Part shown: positions 39,965 to 49,459 of the stretch, one piece after another
Position numbering within the stretch: the first letter of the stretch is position 1
Layout: every line of letters begins with the position of its first letter
NCBI GenBank assembly: GCA_963736855.1
Contig: CAVTQK010000024.1
Coordinates: 128,001 to 192,000 of the forward strand
Length of the DNA: 64,000 bases
Direction: 5' to 3'
Source: an uncultured delta proteobacterium
GTDB taxonomy: Bacteria > Desulfobacterota > Desulfobacteria > Desulfobacterales > UBA2156
Notes under the pieces: model-generated
Database searches by the model: none
Told to the model about the DNA's origin: nothing
Seen by the model: only the letters and a program-made list of their open reading frames with translations
Program-made: the position numbers and the translations under genes

Positions 39965-39992
39965 CATTGTAGCTGACAAAGAGGAGGAAGCC

Positions 39993-41018
39993 ATGGCCAT
40001 ATCTTCAGAGAAAGGGAAGGCGGTAGAGAGCGCCATCACCCAGATCGAGCGCCAATTCGGTAAAGGGGCTATCATGAGGCTGGGAGGGGATACTATCGTC
40101 GATGTTCCGATCATTTCCAGCGGATCGCTGGCCCTGGATCATGCCTTGGGCATCGGTGGCCTTCCCCGGGGAAGAGTTGTCGAGATCTTCGGGCCCGAGT
40201 CTTCCGGGAAGACCACCCTTGCGCTCCATGCGGTGGCGGAAGCCCAAAGACAAGGGGGGATCGCCGCGTTTATCGATGCGGAGCACGCACTGGATATTCT
40301 GTATGCCAAAAAACTGGGTGTCAACAGCGACGAGCTTTTAGTCTCCCAGCCCGACACCGGGGAACAGGCCCTGGAAATCACCGAGATGCTGGTGAGAAGC
40401 GGCGCCGTCGACATCGTGGTCATCGATTCCGTGGCCGCACTGGTGCCTCGTGCCGAGATCGAAGGTGAAATGGGGGATGCCCACATGGGGCTTCAGGCCA
40501 GACTCATGTCCCAGGCGCTGCGCAAACTTACCGGGACCATTGGGAAGACCATGACCTCGGTGATTTTCATCAATCAGATCCGCATGAAGATCGGTGTGTT
40601 TTTCGGGAATCCGGAAACAACCACCGGTGGAAACGCCCTCAAATTTTACGCCTCTTTACGACTCGATATCCGAAGGGTTAGCGCCATCAAAGATGGACAG
40701 GAAATCATCGGTAATCGGACAAAGGTGCGGGTGGTTAAAAACAAAATGGCCCCCCCGTTCAAGGAGGCGGAGTTCGACATCCTTTATGGGGAGGGAATCT
40801 CCCGGGCCGGCGACCTCCTCGATACCGCCGTTACTTACAACGTAATCGAAAAAAGCGGCGTCTGGTACGCATATGGCGGGGAGCGGATCGGCCAGGGCCG
40901 TGACAATGCCAAGCGGTTCCTGATGGAAAACAAAGACATCTTCAACGATGTGATGACTAAGACCAAAGAAACTCTGGGCATCTTAAAGAAAAAAACCGAT
41001 AAACCGGATACGGAGTAA
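39993..41018 (+). CDS. recA: Recombinase RecA
   Basis: Motifs [29 protein letters not shown] and [18 protein letters not shown] before ATG 39993. Confidence 0.98.
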   Translation: MAISSEKGKAVESAITQIERQFGKGAIMRLGGDTIVDVPIISSGSLALDHALGIGGLPRGRVVEIFGPESSGKTTLALHAVAEAQRQGGIAAFIDAEHALDILYAKKLGVNSDELLVSQPDTGEQALEITEMLVRSGAVDIVVIDSVAALVPRAEIEGEMGDAHMGLQARLMSQALRKLTGTIGKTMTSVIFINQIRMKIGVFFGNPETTTGGNALKFYASLRLDIRRVSAIKDGQEIIGNRTKVRVVKNKMAPPFKEAEFDILYGEGISRAGDLLDTAVTYNVIEKSGVWYAYGGERIGQGRDNAKRFLMENKDIFNDVMTKTKETLGILKKKTDKPDTE

Positions 41019-41021
41019 TCT

Positions 41022-43643
41022 ATGACAGGAGAAGAGATCCGCAGGCGATTTCTGGAATATTTTAAGAAAAAAGACCACCGCATCTTACGCAGTTCATCCC
41101 TTGTTCCCTCTGATGATCCCACTCTTTTGTTTACCAATGCAGGAATGGTGCAGTTCAAGCGGGTCTTTTTGGGTGAGGAAAACCGAGGATATTTACGGGC
41201 CACGACTTCTCAAAAATGCGTCCGGGCCGGGGGGAAACACAACGATTTGGAAAACGTGGGGTATACCGCACGACACCACACCTTTTTCGAGATGCTGGGC
41301 AATTTTTCTTTTGGGGACTACTTTAAAGAGGGTGCCATTGAATTCGCTTGGGATCTGCTCACCAACGACTTTGGATTTCCGCCCGAAAAGCTATGGGCCA
41401 CCATCTATCTGGACGATGATGAGGCTGCGGTGTTGTGGCAAAAGGTGACCGGAATCCCCGAAGACCGGATTGTTCGATTCGGGGAAAAGGACAATTTCTG
41501 GGCCATGGGAGACACCGGGCCCTGCGGCCCCTGCAGTGAAATCATCATCGATCGTGGAGAAGCCTATGGGTGTGGGAAACCGGATTGCAGAGTCGGATGT
41601 GAATGCGACCGGTACCTGGAGATATGGAATCTGGTATTCATGCAATTTAACCGGGATGCCTCCGGCAAGATGACGCCTTTGCCCAAACCCAGCATCGACA
41701 CCGGCATGGGGCTCGAGCGGGTTGTATCGGTTATTCAGAATGTTCCGACCAATTACGACACGGATATCATCCGGCCCATCATCCGGAAGGTGGAGGAACT
41801 TTCGGAGCGACCTTTCGGTGCATCGGAAGCCGATGATGTGGCCATGAAGGTCGTCGCCGATCATTCCCGTGCTGCCGCTTTTCTCATCGGTGACGGTGTG
41901 TTGCCGTCCAACGAAGGGCGGGGCTATGTTCTGAGGCGAATCATGAGACGGGCCATCCGGTATGGCAGAAACATCGGCTTGAAAAGGCCGTTTCTAATCA
42001 ATACGGCGGAGGAAGTCTGTGATGTGATGAAAACCGCCTATCCCGAGTTGTCGGAATCATGGGCTTTCATCGGAAATGTCATCCAAAATGAAGAAATCCG
42101 GTTCATGGAAACCCTCGATCACGGTCTAAGACTCTTGAACGATACCTTGGAAGAGATGAAGGTAAAAGGGGTCACCCAGGTTCCCGGGGAGGTGGTTTTC
42201 AAGCTTTATGACACCTTTGGGTTTCCGGTGGACATCGTCAGGGACGTGGTTCGGGACAAGCAATTGACTCTGGATCTTCAGGGCTTTGATCTGGCAATGG
42301 AAGCCCAAAGGGAAAAATCCCGATCTACCTCGGTCTTCATGGGGATCGCCGATGCATACAAGTCTCTTTCCGCGAGCGGATTCCATCCGGAGTTTGTGGG
42401 ATACGATCGCCTGGAGGCGGACGGCAGAGTGGTTCTCTTAGTACAAAATAACCTGGAGATCGAAATTGCCGGCGCCGGCGAAACCGTGGAGATGGTCACG
42501 GATATAACGCCCTTTTATGCGGAATCCGGAGGACAGGCGGGGGATAATGGAAAATTCAGCGGACCCGCTGGTGCCGGGGAGATCATTAATACCTTCAAGG
42601 ATCCCACCGGCATTGTCATCCATAAAGTGAAAATCCTTCAAGGAAATGTCGCAAAGGGTCAGATGGTGACGCTGAGCGTGGATCCGGAAAAGCGGCAGGC
42701 AACCGCTTTGAATCACACAGCCACTCATATTCTCCATGCCGTACTGCGGCGGGTGTTGGGAGACCACGTCAAGCAGGCAGGCTCTCTAGTGGCTCCGGAC
42801 CGGCTGCGTTTCGATTTCACACATTTTTCGACTATCAACTCCGAACAATTGGATGAAATCGAGAGGGGGGTCAACGAGAAAATCCGAGAAGCCATCGATG
42901 TTCATGGCGAGGAGATGGATGCCGAGGACGCCTTCAAAACCGGGGCCATGGCCCTTTTCGAGGAAAAATACGGGGATCGTGTCCGGGTCATCTCTCTTTC
43001 TTCTTTCAGCAAGGAACTTTGCGGAGGGACTCACATCGATAACACCGGACGGATCGGGCTTTTCAAAATCATCGGGGAATCGAGCGTGGCGGCTGGTGTT
43101 CGGCGGATCGAAGCTCTCAGCGGCCGGGAGGCGATTGACCATATCCAAAGTGCTTTCCGTATCCTTAAGGAGACGGCGGAGCAACTGAAGGAAAAACCGG
43201 AATCGATTCCGTCGCGGGTCGAAGCCCTCCTGATGCGTTCTAAGGCCTTGGAAAAAGAGGTGGAGCGGCTGAAGGGAAGCATCGCCGCCCGGTCGACGGA
43301 ACAAGTTGAAGAAGAAATTCGCACGATCAATGGTGTTCGGGTGTTATCCAAGAAGGTTTCCGTGGATACACCGGCAGCCTTGAGAGAATTGGCCGATCGT
43401 TTCAGGGACCACATGGGTTCAGGGATCGTCGTTCTGGGGAGTGTGGCCGACCAGAGGGTGTTGCTGATTGTGGTGGTTACCAAAGACCTGACAGGCCGTT
43501 TCCATGCCGGCAAGATCATCAAAAAGATTTCGGCCATAGTCGGCGGGAGTGGAGGCGGAAGACCCGATATGGCCCAAGCCGGCGGCGACCGGATCGAAAA
43601 GCTGGATCAGGCCCTTGGGCATGCCTACGAGATTCTCGTTTGA
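41022..43643 (+). CDS. alaS: Alanine--tRNA ligase
   Basis: Motifs LLFTNAGM, HHTFFEMLGNFS, DTGMGLER, HTATH, ELCGGTH and GGGRPDMAQAGG. Confidence 0.98.
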   Translation: MTGEEIRRRFLEYFKKKDHRILRSSSLVPSDDPTLLFTNAGMVQFKRVFLGEENRGYLRATTSQKCVRAGGKHNDLENVGYTARHHTFFEMLGNFSFGDYFKEGAIEFAWDLLTNDFGFPPEKLWATIYLDDDEAAVLWQKVTGIPEDRIVRFGEKDNFWAMGDTGPCGPCSEIIIDRGEAYGCGKPDCRVGCECDRYLEIWNLVFMQFNRDASGKMTPLPKPSIDTGMGLERVVSVIQNVPTNYDTDIIRPIIRKVEELSERPFGASEADDVAMKVVADHSRAAAFLIGDGVLPSNEGRGYVLRRIMRRAIRYGRNIGLKRPFLINTAEEVCDVMKTAYPELSESWAFIGNVIQNEEIRFMETLDHGLRLLNDTLEEMKVKGVTQVPGEVVFKLYDTFGFPVDIVRDVVRDKQLTLDLQGFDLAMEAQREKSRSTSVFMGIADAYKSLSASGFHPEFVGYDRLEADGRVVLLVQNNLEIEIAGAGETVEMVTDITPFYAESGGQAGDNGKFSGPAGAGEIINTFKDPTGIVIHKVKILQGNVAKGQMVTLSVDPEKRQATALNHTATHILHAVLRRVLGDHVKQAGSLVAPDRLRFDFTHFSTINSEQLDEIERGVNEKIREAIDVHGEEMDAEDAFKTGAMALFEEKYGDRVRVISLSSFSKELCGGTHIDNTGRIGLFKIIGESSVAAGVRRIEALSGREAIDHIQSAFRILKETAEQLKEKPESIPSRVEALLMRSKALEKEVERLKGSIAARSTEQVEEEIRTINGVRVLSKKVSVDTPAALRELADRFRDHMGSGIVVLGSVADQRVLLIVVVTKDLTGRFHAGKIIKKISAIVGGSGGGRPDMAQAGGDRIEKLDQALGHAYEILV

Positions 43644-43720
43644 GCCTCGTGTCTTTTGCCTTGATCGAATTTTTTCTTCAATTACAAGGGCGTTAAGAGC
43701 CGTTTCTCATTAATTCCAGC

Positions 43721-45049
43721 CTATATTTCCTTGAGCTTCCTGTTTCCAGGGGATTGGCGGACAGCATCGGAAAAGGCAGCCAACGATTCACGGAAGCGCT
43801 GGATTTCAACCGTTTCAGTCAGGGGGATCCGCTTGGATCCCTCCCGATCCATGGCTTCCAGTATGAATCCGATGGTGAGAAGGTCGGTGTCGCACCCGGG
43901 CTGATAGGACGGTTGCTTCGAATCGTTTTCGGATCGAATCTCGGACAGGATCCCCGCGGCTAGAAGTTTATCAAAGATTGCCTTGAGGATGGCCGGAGGG
44001 CATCCGAGCCTCTCTGAGAGATCCGAAACGGTGGGTGGTTTCCCTCCCTTTTTGAATTCTTGAATAACGGTGTGTGAAACCTGGAGTGCCACAAGTTTGA
44101 TCGTCTCCGGACTGAGATTTCCCTCCTCCGGCACACCCGCACGATAAAACGGATAATTATGGTGGCTGTAAGACAGTTCCGCCCCGAACAGCACGATAGT
44201 CCAGCTCAGCTGCAGCCAGACCAAGAACAAGGGGAGGGCGGCGAAGCTGCCGTAAATGGCATTATACTTCGCCACACCCACCTGTAACACAATGTAGCCC
44301 CATTGCACGACCTGATAGAGAGTTCCGGCCACGATACCGGCTAATATTCCGGACCGGTATGGGATCTTTCGGTTCGGCATGAAGATATAAATAAATGCAA
44401 AAAACGCCCAGAGGATGATATAGGGTAAAAGCCTCAGCAAAAAGAGGACCAGCTTGCCGACCATGTCCAAAAGAGCGGTTTTTTCGGAAAGTACTGCGGC
44501 CTGGGAGGCGAGATAAACGGTGATACTGCTGGAGAGTATCATGACCAGGGGATAAATGAGCATCATGGAGAGATAATCACTGAACTTGCGGCCGAGACCT
44601 CGTCCTTTTTCGACGCTCCAGATGCGATTCAAGGCGTTTTCGATCTGACCAAAGATGTTGATGGCCGACCAAAGGAGGACCACCACACCCACGCCTGCAA
44701 TCACCCCTCCCTTGGCGGTTTCCAGGAGATTTTGCGCAAAGACGATGATCTGTTTGAGGACAGCTTCCTGTTCCGGGACCTGCTGGAGGATCTGATCCTG
44801 GAAATGCTTTTCAAATCCGAAGCCTTTGGCGATTCCAAAGGCCAGCGCCAGAACCGGGACGATGGAAAGGAGGGTATAAAGGGTCAATGCCGAGGCTCTC
44901 AAAGCGCATTGATTTCGATAAAAGTTGCGTATGGCCAACAAAAGTACCTTTGTGCCGGTCAGGATGATGCGTTTGAGACGAGGAAGGTCTGATGCCGGCA
45001 GGTTCCAACTATCCGTTTCGAATAGCCGAAAAAATTTTGGGACCGCCAC
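43721..45049 (-). CDS. YihY/BrkB family membrane protein with a C-terminal winged-helix-like domain
   Basis: Motifs ASALTLYTLLSIVP, IENALNRIW and YNAIYGSFAALPLFLVW. Confidence 0.9.
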   Translation of the reverse strand: MAVPKFFRLFETDSWNLPASDLPRLKRIILTGTKVLLLAIRNFYRNQCALRASALTLYTLLSIVPVLALAFGIAKGFGFEKHFQDQILQQVPEQEAVLKQIIVFAQNLLETAKGGVIAGVGVVVLLWSAINIFGQIENALNRIWSVEKGRGLGRKFSDYLSMMLIYPLVMILSSSITVYLASQAAVLSEKTALLDMVGKLVLFLLRLLPYIILWAFFAFIYIFMPNRKIPYRSGILAGIVAGTLYQVVQWGYIVLQVGVAKYNAIYGSFAALPLFLVWLQLSWTIVLFGAELSYSHHNYPFYRAGVPEEGNLSPETIKLVALQVSHTVIQEFKKGGKPPTVSDLSERLGCPPAILKAIFDKLLAAGILSEIRSENDSKQPSYQPGCDTDLLTIGFILEAMDREGSKRIPLTETVEIQRFRESLAAFSDAVRQSPGNRKLKEI

Positions 45050-45069
45050 AAATCCTCCTTTTCAAATCG

Positions 45070-46842
45070 TCAGCTGGGTGCGTTTGAAAGAAGAGCGTCG
45101 AACCGGATTATCGGCTCTCGAGGGGGAAGCATCAGCCCGGCTTCGACGGCATCCTTGAGATCGGCTGCGGAATCCGGATCCGCCCACCAGTACCAGTAAG
45201 CACTGCTTTCATCTCCATATTTGGACAAAACGGTGGATGGGGTGCCGAACTTATTCCAGTAGAGGAGACGCGTGTAATTGATGTTCCAGAGAAGAACGTA
45301 TGGGAAGGCCTCACAGAGGATACGGTCGATTTCCCGGCAGATGGCGTTGCGTTCCCGGACTCTAAAGAGGGGCCGTTGCGCTTCGATAAGAGCATCCACG
45401 CGGGCATTTTTCAACCCCGTAATATTACTGCTTCCCTTTCGATCGGCTTCCTTGGAAGACCACATCCCTTCAGGATCCTTGAAGACGCCGGCGCCCCAGG
45501 CTGCCCATGTCATCTGGTAGTTGAATTGGTCCATATCCTGAGCCCAGGCCGCCCAATCCTTCCTGTCGATGACAAGCTCGATCCCCACGTTCTTGAGGTC
45601 TTCGGCAAATATCGACAGAAATTTCTCGGAAGAAGCGTCCCGGGTCAGGAATTTGAAGGATAACCGTTTTCCGTTTTTGACCAAAAACCCGGTTTCCGGA
45701 TCGGTTAGCCATCCCGCCTCTCTTAAAAGTGCCCTGGCCTGGTTTTTATCGAAACGGATCATCGGATTGGGGCAGGGGTTTTCGGAGTCGTAAAGATCCT
45801 CGAAATAGGAGCGATGCAGGAAGTATTGGTTGTACATCAGGGTGGCGTTCATTTTTTCCCGGTCAAGAAGGAACGCCATGGCCTTCCGAACCTTGAGATC
45901 GTCGAAAGGGGGTTTTCGCATGTTCATGGCAAAACCCTGAAATCCGATCGGGTTGGAATTGTACACTTTCTGTTTGACGATCCAATGGTTGGAGAACCGA
46001 TCCCCCCGGGTTTCATTGACCCACAGGCGGGAGGTATAGACCGGGAAAAGATCTATTTGCCCTTTTTTGAAAACCTCGAATGCATTCTCACTTTCGGCGA
46101 AAAATTTAAACTGGATACGCGCGAAATTCCCGAGGCCTTTGGAGCGGATATCGGAACGGTTCCACCAGTCCTGTCGGCGCTTCAGGGTCACCGTAAGCCC
46201 TTCCCGGATCGTTTCAATGCCATACGGACCGGAGACCACGGGAAACTCGAAGTTGATCTTATTGAAATCCTTTTTTTCATAAGTCCGACGACTGAGGACA
46301 AAAAAACTGCCGGCAGCCCCCAGGTTTTTCCAGTGGACATCTTTTGCTTTAAAGATAATGGTGAGGTCATCCACAACCATGGGGGGGTCGAACCGTTCCA
46401 TGTCGATCTTGTGGGGCCCCGTGAGATTTTCAGGATCCATGATGGCATCGAAAGTCCATCGCACGTCATGGGCCGAAACCGGGGTTCCGTCGCTCCATTT
46501 GGCATTGTGATTCAGAAAAAAGGTAAATGTGCGTTTGTCTTTTGAAATGATACATCTTTCCGCCAGCGCCGGTTCATACTCCAGCGTCACCGGGTTCATG
46601 GATAAAAGTGCTTCGAACAGGGACCCGAATACCTGCGCGCTTTGAGTGCTCGCATCCAGGTAGTAATTGAGACTCTTCGGGTACTGGCCCAAAAAGACCG
46701 ATATCTCACCCCCCACCGGTGCATGAAGGTTTGCCATAGGGTTCGGTTCCGGTATCCATCCCCGTTTCGGATACCGCTCTTCACTTGTAGCGCACACAGG
46801 GATGCACCAGAGAATAAGAACAAGGAGAATCGCCTTTTTCAT
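45070..46842 (-). CDS. Family 5 extracellular solute-binding protein (YejA/OppA-like)
   Basis: Signal peptide; AKWSDGTPVSAHDV, SGPY and PFDDLKVRKAM. Confidence 0.88.
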   Translation of the reverse strand: MKKAILLVLILWCIPVCATSEERYPKRGWIPEPNPMANLHAPVGGEISVFLGQYPKSLNYYLDASTQSAQVFGSLFEALLSMNPVTLEYEPALAERCIISKDKRTFTFFLNHNAKWSDGTPVSAHDVRWTFDAIMDPENLTGPHKIDMERFDPPMVVDDLTIIFKAKDVHWKNLGAAGSFFVLSRRTYEKKDFNKINFEFPVVSGPYGIETIREGLTVTLKRRQDWWNRSDIRSKGLGNFARIQFKFFAESENAFEVFKKGQIDLFPVYTSRLWVNETRGDRFSNHWIVKQKVYNSNPIGFQGFAMNMRKPPFDDLKVRKAMAFLLDREKMNATLMYNQYFLHRSYFEDLYDSENPCPNPMIRFDKNQARALLREAGWLTDPETGFLVKNGKRLSFKFLTRDASSEKFLSIFAEDLKNVGIELVIDRKDWAAWAQDMDQFNYQMTWAAWGAGVFKDPEGMWSSKEADRKGSSNITGLKNARVDALIEAQRPLFRVRERNAICREIDRILCEAFPYVLLWNINYTRLLYWNKFGTPSTVLSKYGDESSAYWYWWADPDSAADLKDAVEAGLMLPPREPIIRFDALLSNAPS

Positions 46843-46881
46843 CGCCTGCTGTTTTTTGATGAAAGCCTGATTTTGTGGCGT

Positions 46882-47703
46882 TCAGACGCCTTTCAGTACA
46901 TCGATCATCGAAAATACTCTGCCCTTTTCACCCAGAGCGACTTTTTTATGGAGAAAAACAATCGCATCCGGTGTGCCGAGTGCATAGATTTCCCTTCCAT
47001 TGACGTTGTGGGTGAATTCGAAATGGACCGTCCGGTCCGGCGATGTGAGGGAATAGGTGTGCCATGCATGACCGGACAGGTACTCTTGGGGTATGCCCCA
47101 ACGCCGATGCTGAATCTCCGGATCCCGTTCCTTAAGGATTTGATCCTCTGAAAAAGGGATCCCGAGCCTGTTGAAATAAGTCACCATGGCCTTGGCAGTA
47201 CCGGAGGTGTCTGCCTTCCCTTTCTGGTGGCTTTCTCGGATTTCAAGCTCATAGCCTTTGAAAAGACCCGGGAAATGAGCGGCAGCGTAATCCATCATGG
47301 CCTGAAAGGCGACGATCTGCTTGGCCATATTGGGGGCGATCACCGCGGGTATGACGGAGTCAAGCACGGCCTCCTCCAACTTTTTCCGATCTCCCCCGGT
47401 GGTGCCCATCACGAACGGGAGTCGCTGATTACAGTACCAGGCGGCATTCGCATTGACCGCACCCGGGTGGGTGTAGTCGACGGCGATGGCGGGTCTTCCT
47501 CCTTTTTTCATGGCCGAATCCCGATCTTGGGGGCGGATAAGCTCGACGGTCTGCGTAATAATGGTACATGTTTTTTCGGTGATTTCCGGACCTGTGAGAG
47601 AAAAAGGAAAGAGCGTGAACCGGTCGTCTTCGAGGATGTGCCGTGCCACCATGGCGGCCATCTGGCCCGGCAGCCCGTTAACCATAACACTGATCTGTTT
47701 CAT
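46882..47703 (-). CDS. dapB: 4-hydroxy-tetrahydrodipicolinate reductase, plant-like subtype
   Basis: Motifs NGLPGQMA, VDYTHP, FVMGTTGG, APNMAKQIV, ESHQKGKADTSGTA and GHAWHTY. Confidence 0.85.
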   Translation of the reverse strand: MKQISVMVNGLPGQMAAMVARHILEDDRFTLFPFSLTGPEITEKTCTIITQTVELIRPQDRDSAMKKGGRPAIAVDYTHPGAVNANAAWYCNQRLPFVMGTTGGDRKKLEEAVLDSVIPAVIAPNMAKQIVAFQAMMDYAAAHFPGLFKGYELEIRESHQKGKADTSGTAKAMVTYFNRLGIPFSEDQILKERDPEIQHRRWGIPQEYLSGHAWHTYSLTSPDRTVHFEFTHNVNGREIYALGTPDAIVFLHKKVALGEKGRVFSMIDVLKGV

Positions 47704-47740
47704 CGTCTGTCTCCTCTTTTCAGGGTTTGGTTGCACTCTA

Positions 47741-49449
47741 TCAAAAACCGACGGCGGTCGCAATTCTTTCAGTCAAAGCCTTAAGACGGGGAAAGGCTGC
47801 AACAGGAAGGGTTCCCATGAGGCGGGACAGGGTTTTGACTGCCGTCGGAATGATAGGCGTCAAAGAGCGGTTTTACATTTCACGCGAGTCAAATATGCAA
47901 ACGCACCCAGAGCCTGGAGATTTCTGCAAACGGCAAGAAAGCGATATCCTTCGCGGAATCGATCGGGGTTAATGGTTCGCCGTTGAGCCAGTCGCTTTAT
48001 GGCAAAATCAAGGAGCATATCCTGCAGCGAGACCGGCAAATCGACGTAGGGATCGATGAGTAAAGAGGCCAGGTCGTATTGGATCGGACCGATGCGAGCC
48101 CCTTGAAAATCGATGAAAAAGATATTGCCGTTTACCACCATGATGTTTCTGGATTGGAAATCGCGGTGTATGAGACCGAAGAGGGAGTGCTCCATTGCCT
48201 GGCGTGCCAAGAGCTGAAATTCTTCTTCAAGAATGTCCAAGGGGATATCAAACCCCAGATAATGGTTGACAAAGGCATCGAGAAAGTAGCGGCACTCCCG
48301 TTCGACGATGAGGTTTTGATCATAGATCGGGGTTTGGTAAGCCCATCTTAAATCGAATCCCCGGGTTCCTTTGACAAAGAATTCAATGAGGTGTTCGATG
48401 ACTTTCTTATAGATGGAAAACCGGTGTCCTGAGGATGGGGTGTTTTGAAGGTACCCTTGAAGGGATAAATCGCCGAGGTCTTCCATGACGGCCCATCCCG
48501 AGAAAGTGTCAAATGCGTGGATATCCGGTACCGGTACTCCCTTGGCTTTTAGGAATCGACCGATTTTGATCCAGGATTCCATTTCCCCGGACCTAGATTC
48601 GGTTTGGATGCCGTGATCCACAGCCACCAGGGACTTTTCATCCCGAAAAAGACGAAACCACGCACGTTCCGACCCATCTCCTGGAAGCGTTGCTTTACGG
48701 GTATGCTGGAGTGTTTCCGGAAATCGGGGCCAGGCCTCATGAAACGCTTGGGTCGAAAGGGCATCCAGTGATGCATCCCGGTATCGGCCGGGGGTACCGA
48801 TGTCTTTCCAGTAGGCATGATCCGCCACGAAGGCATAAATCGGTTTGCCGTCAAGGAGCATACGACGGTAGGCATCGATGCTGTGTGAAAATCCGATTTT
48901 TGGGATGTAACCAAGAACTTGACGGTCTAAGACCTGGATGCCTGTGAAAGTCAATTTTGAAAATCCGTCGGGAATGGGCTTTGATGAGTTTTCTTGAAAA
49001 GCGTGCACTTTCCCGTTTGATTCAACGATGACGCTGTTGAACTCGGTATCGTCGACCAGGACCAGGGTAGCCGGGCCTCCGTGGGCGAGATGGTAGTTGT
49101 AGACCGTCTGAAAATCGATGTCGGTAAGAATGTCGCCATTGATCACAAAGAACGGTTTTTCACCCAATACCGCGGCGTTGTTCGCGATGGCGCCCCCGGT
49201 TCCTAATATGGCTGGCTCGTGGGAAAGACGGACCGGTATAGGATAGCGATTCCTTTCGATGTGAGATTTAACCTGCTCGGCAAGGTGGTGGGTATTGAGA
49301 ATGACGGCCTCAGCGCCTGCACGATGGAGTGCAAAAATAAGTCGATCCATGAGAGGCTGCCCGGAGAGGGTGAAAAGGGGTTTGGGCCGGGTCAGGGTAT
49401 ATGGGAGAAGGCGTGTGCCGATGCCTGCGGCAAGGATCAAAGCGTTCAT
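47741..49449 (-). CDS. Fused nucleotidyltransferase (MurU-like) + aminoglycoside-phosphotransferase-fold kinase (AmgK-like); C-terminus frameshifted near 47850-47875 (ORF as assembled stops at 47860)
   Basis: LAAGIGTRL.P.T..PKPL and INGD in the N-terminal half; GDGSER, EDLGD, HRDFQSRN, IDFQGA and YDLASLL in the C-terminal half. Confidence 0.85.
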
Positions 49450-49459
49450 GTGTCTGGGA

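Noticed and set aside
39720..39992. 91-aa N-terminal extension of RecA in the ORF track
   Set aside because: It derives from repeat elements A and B. A strong RBS precedes ATG 39993, so it is not called as part of the CDS; it is kept only as a hypothesis in the findings.
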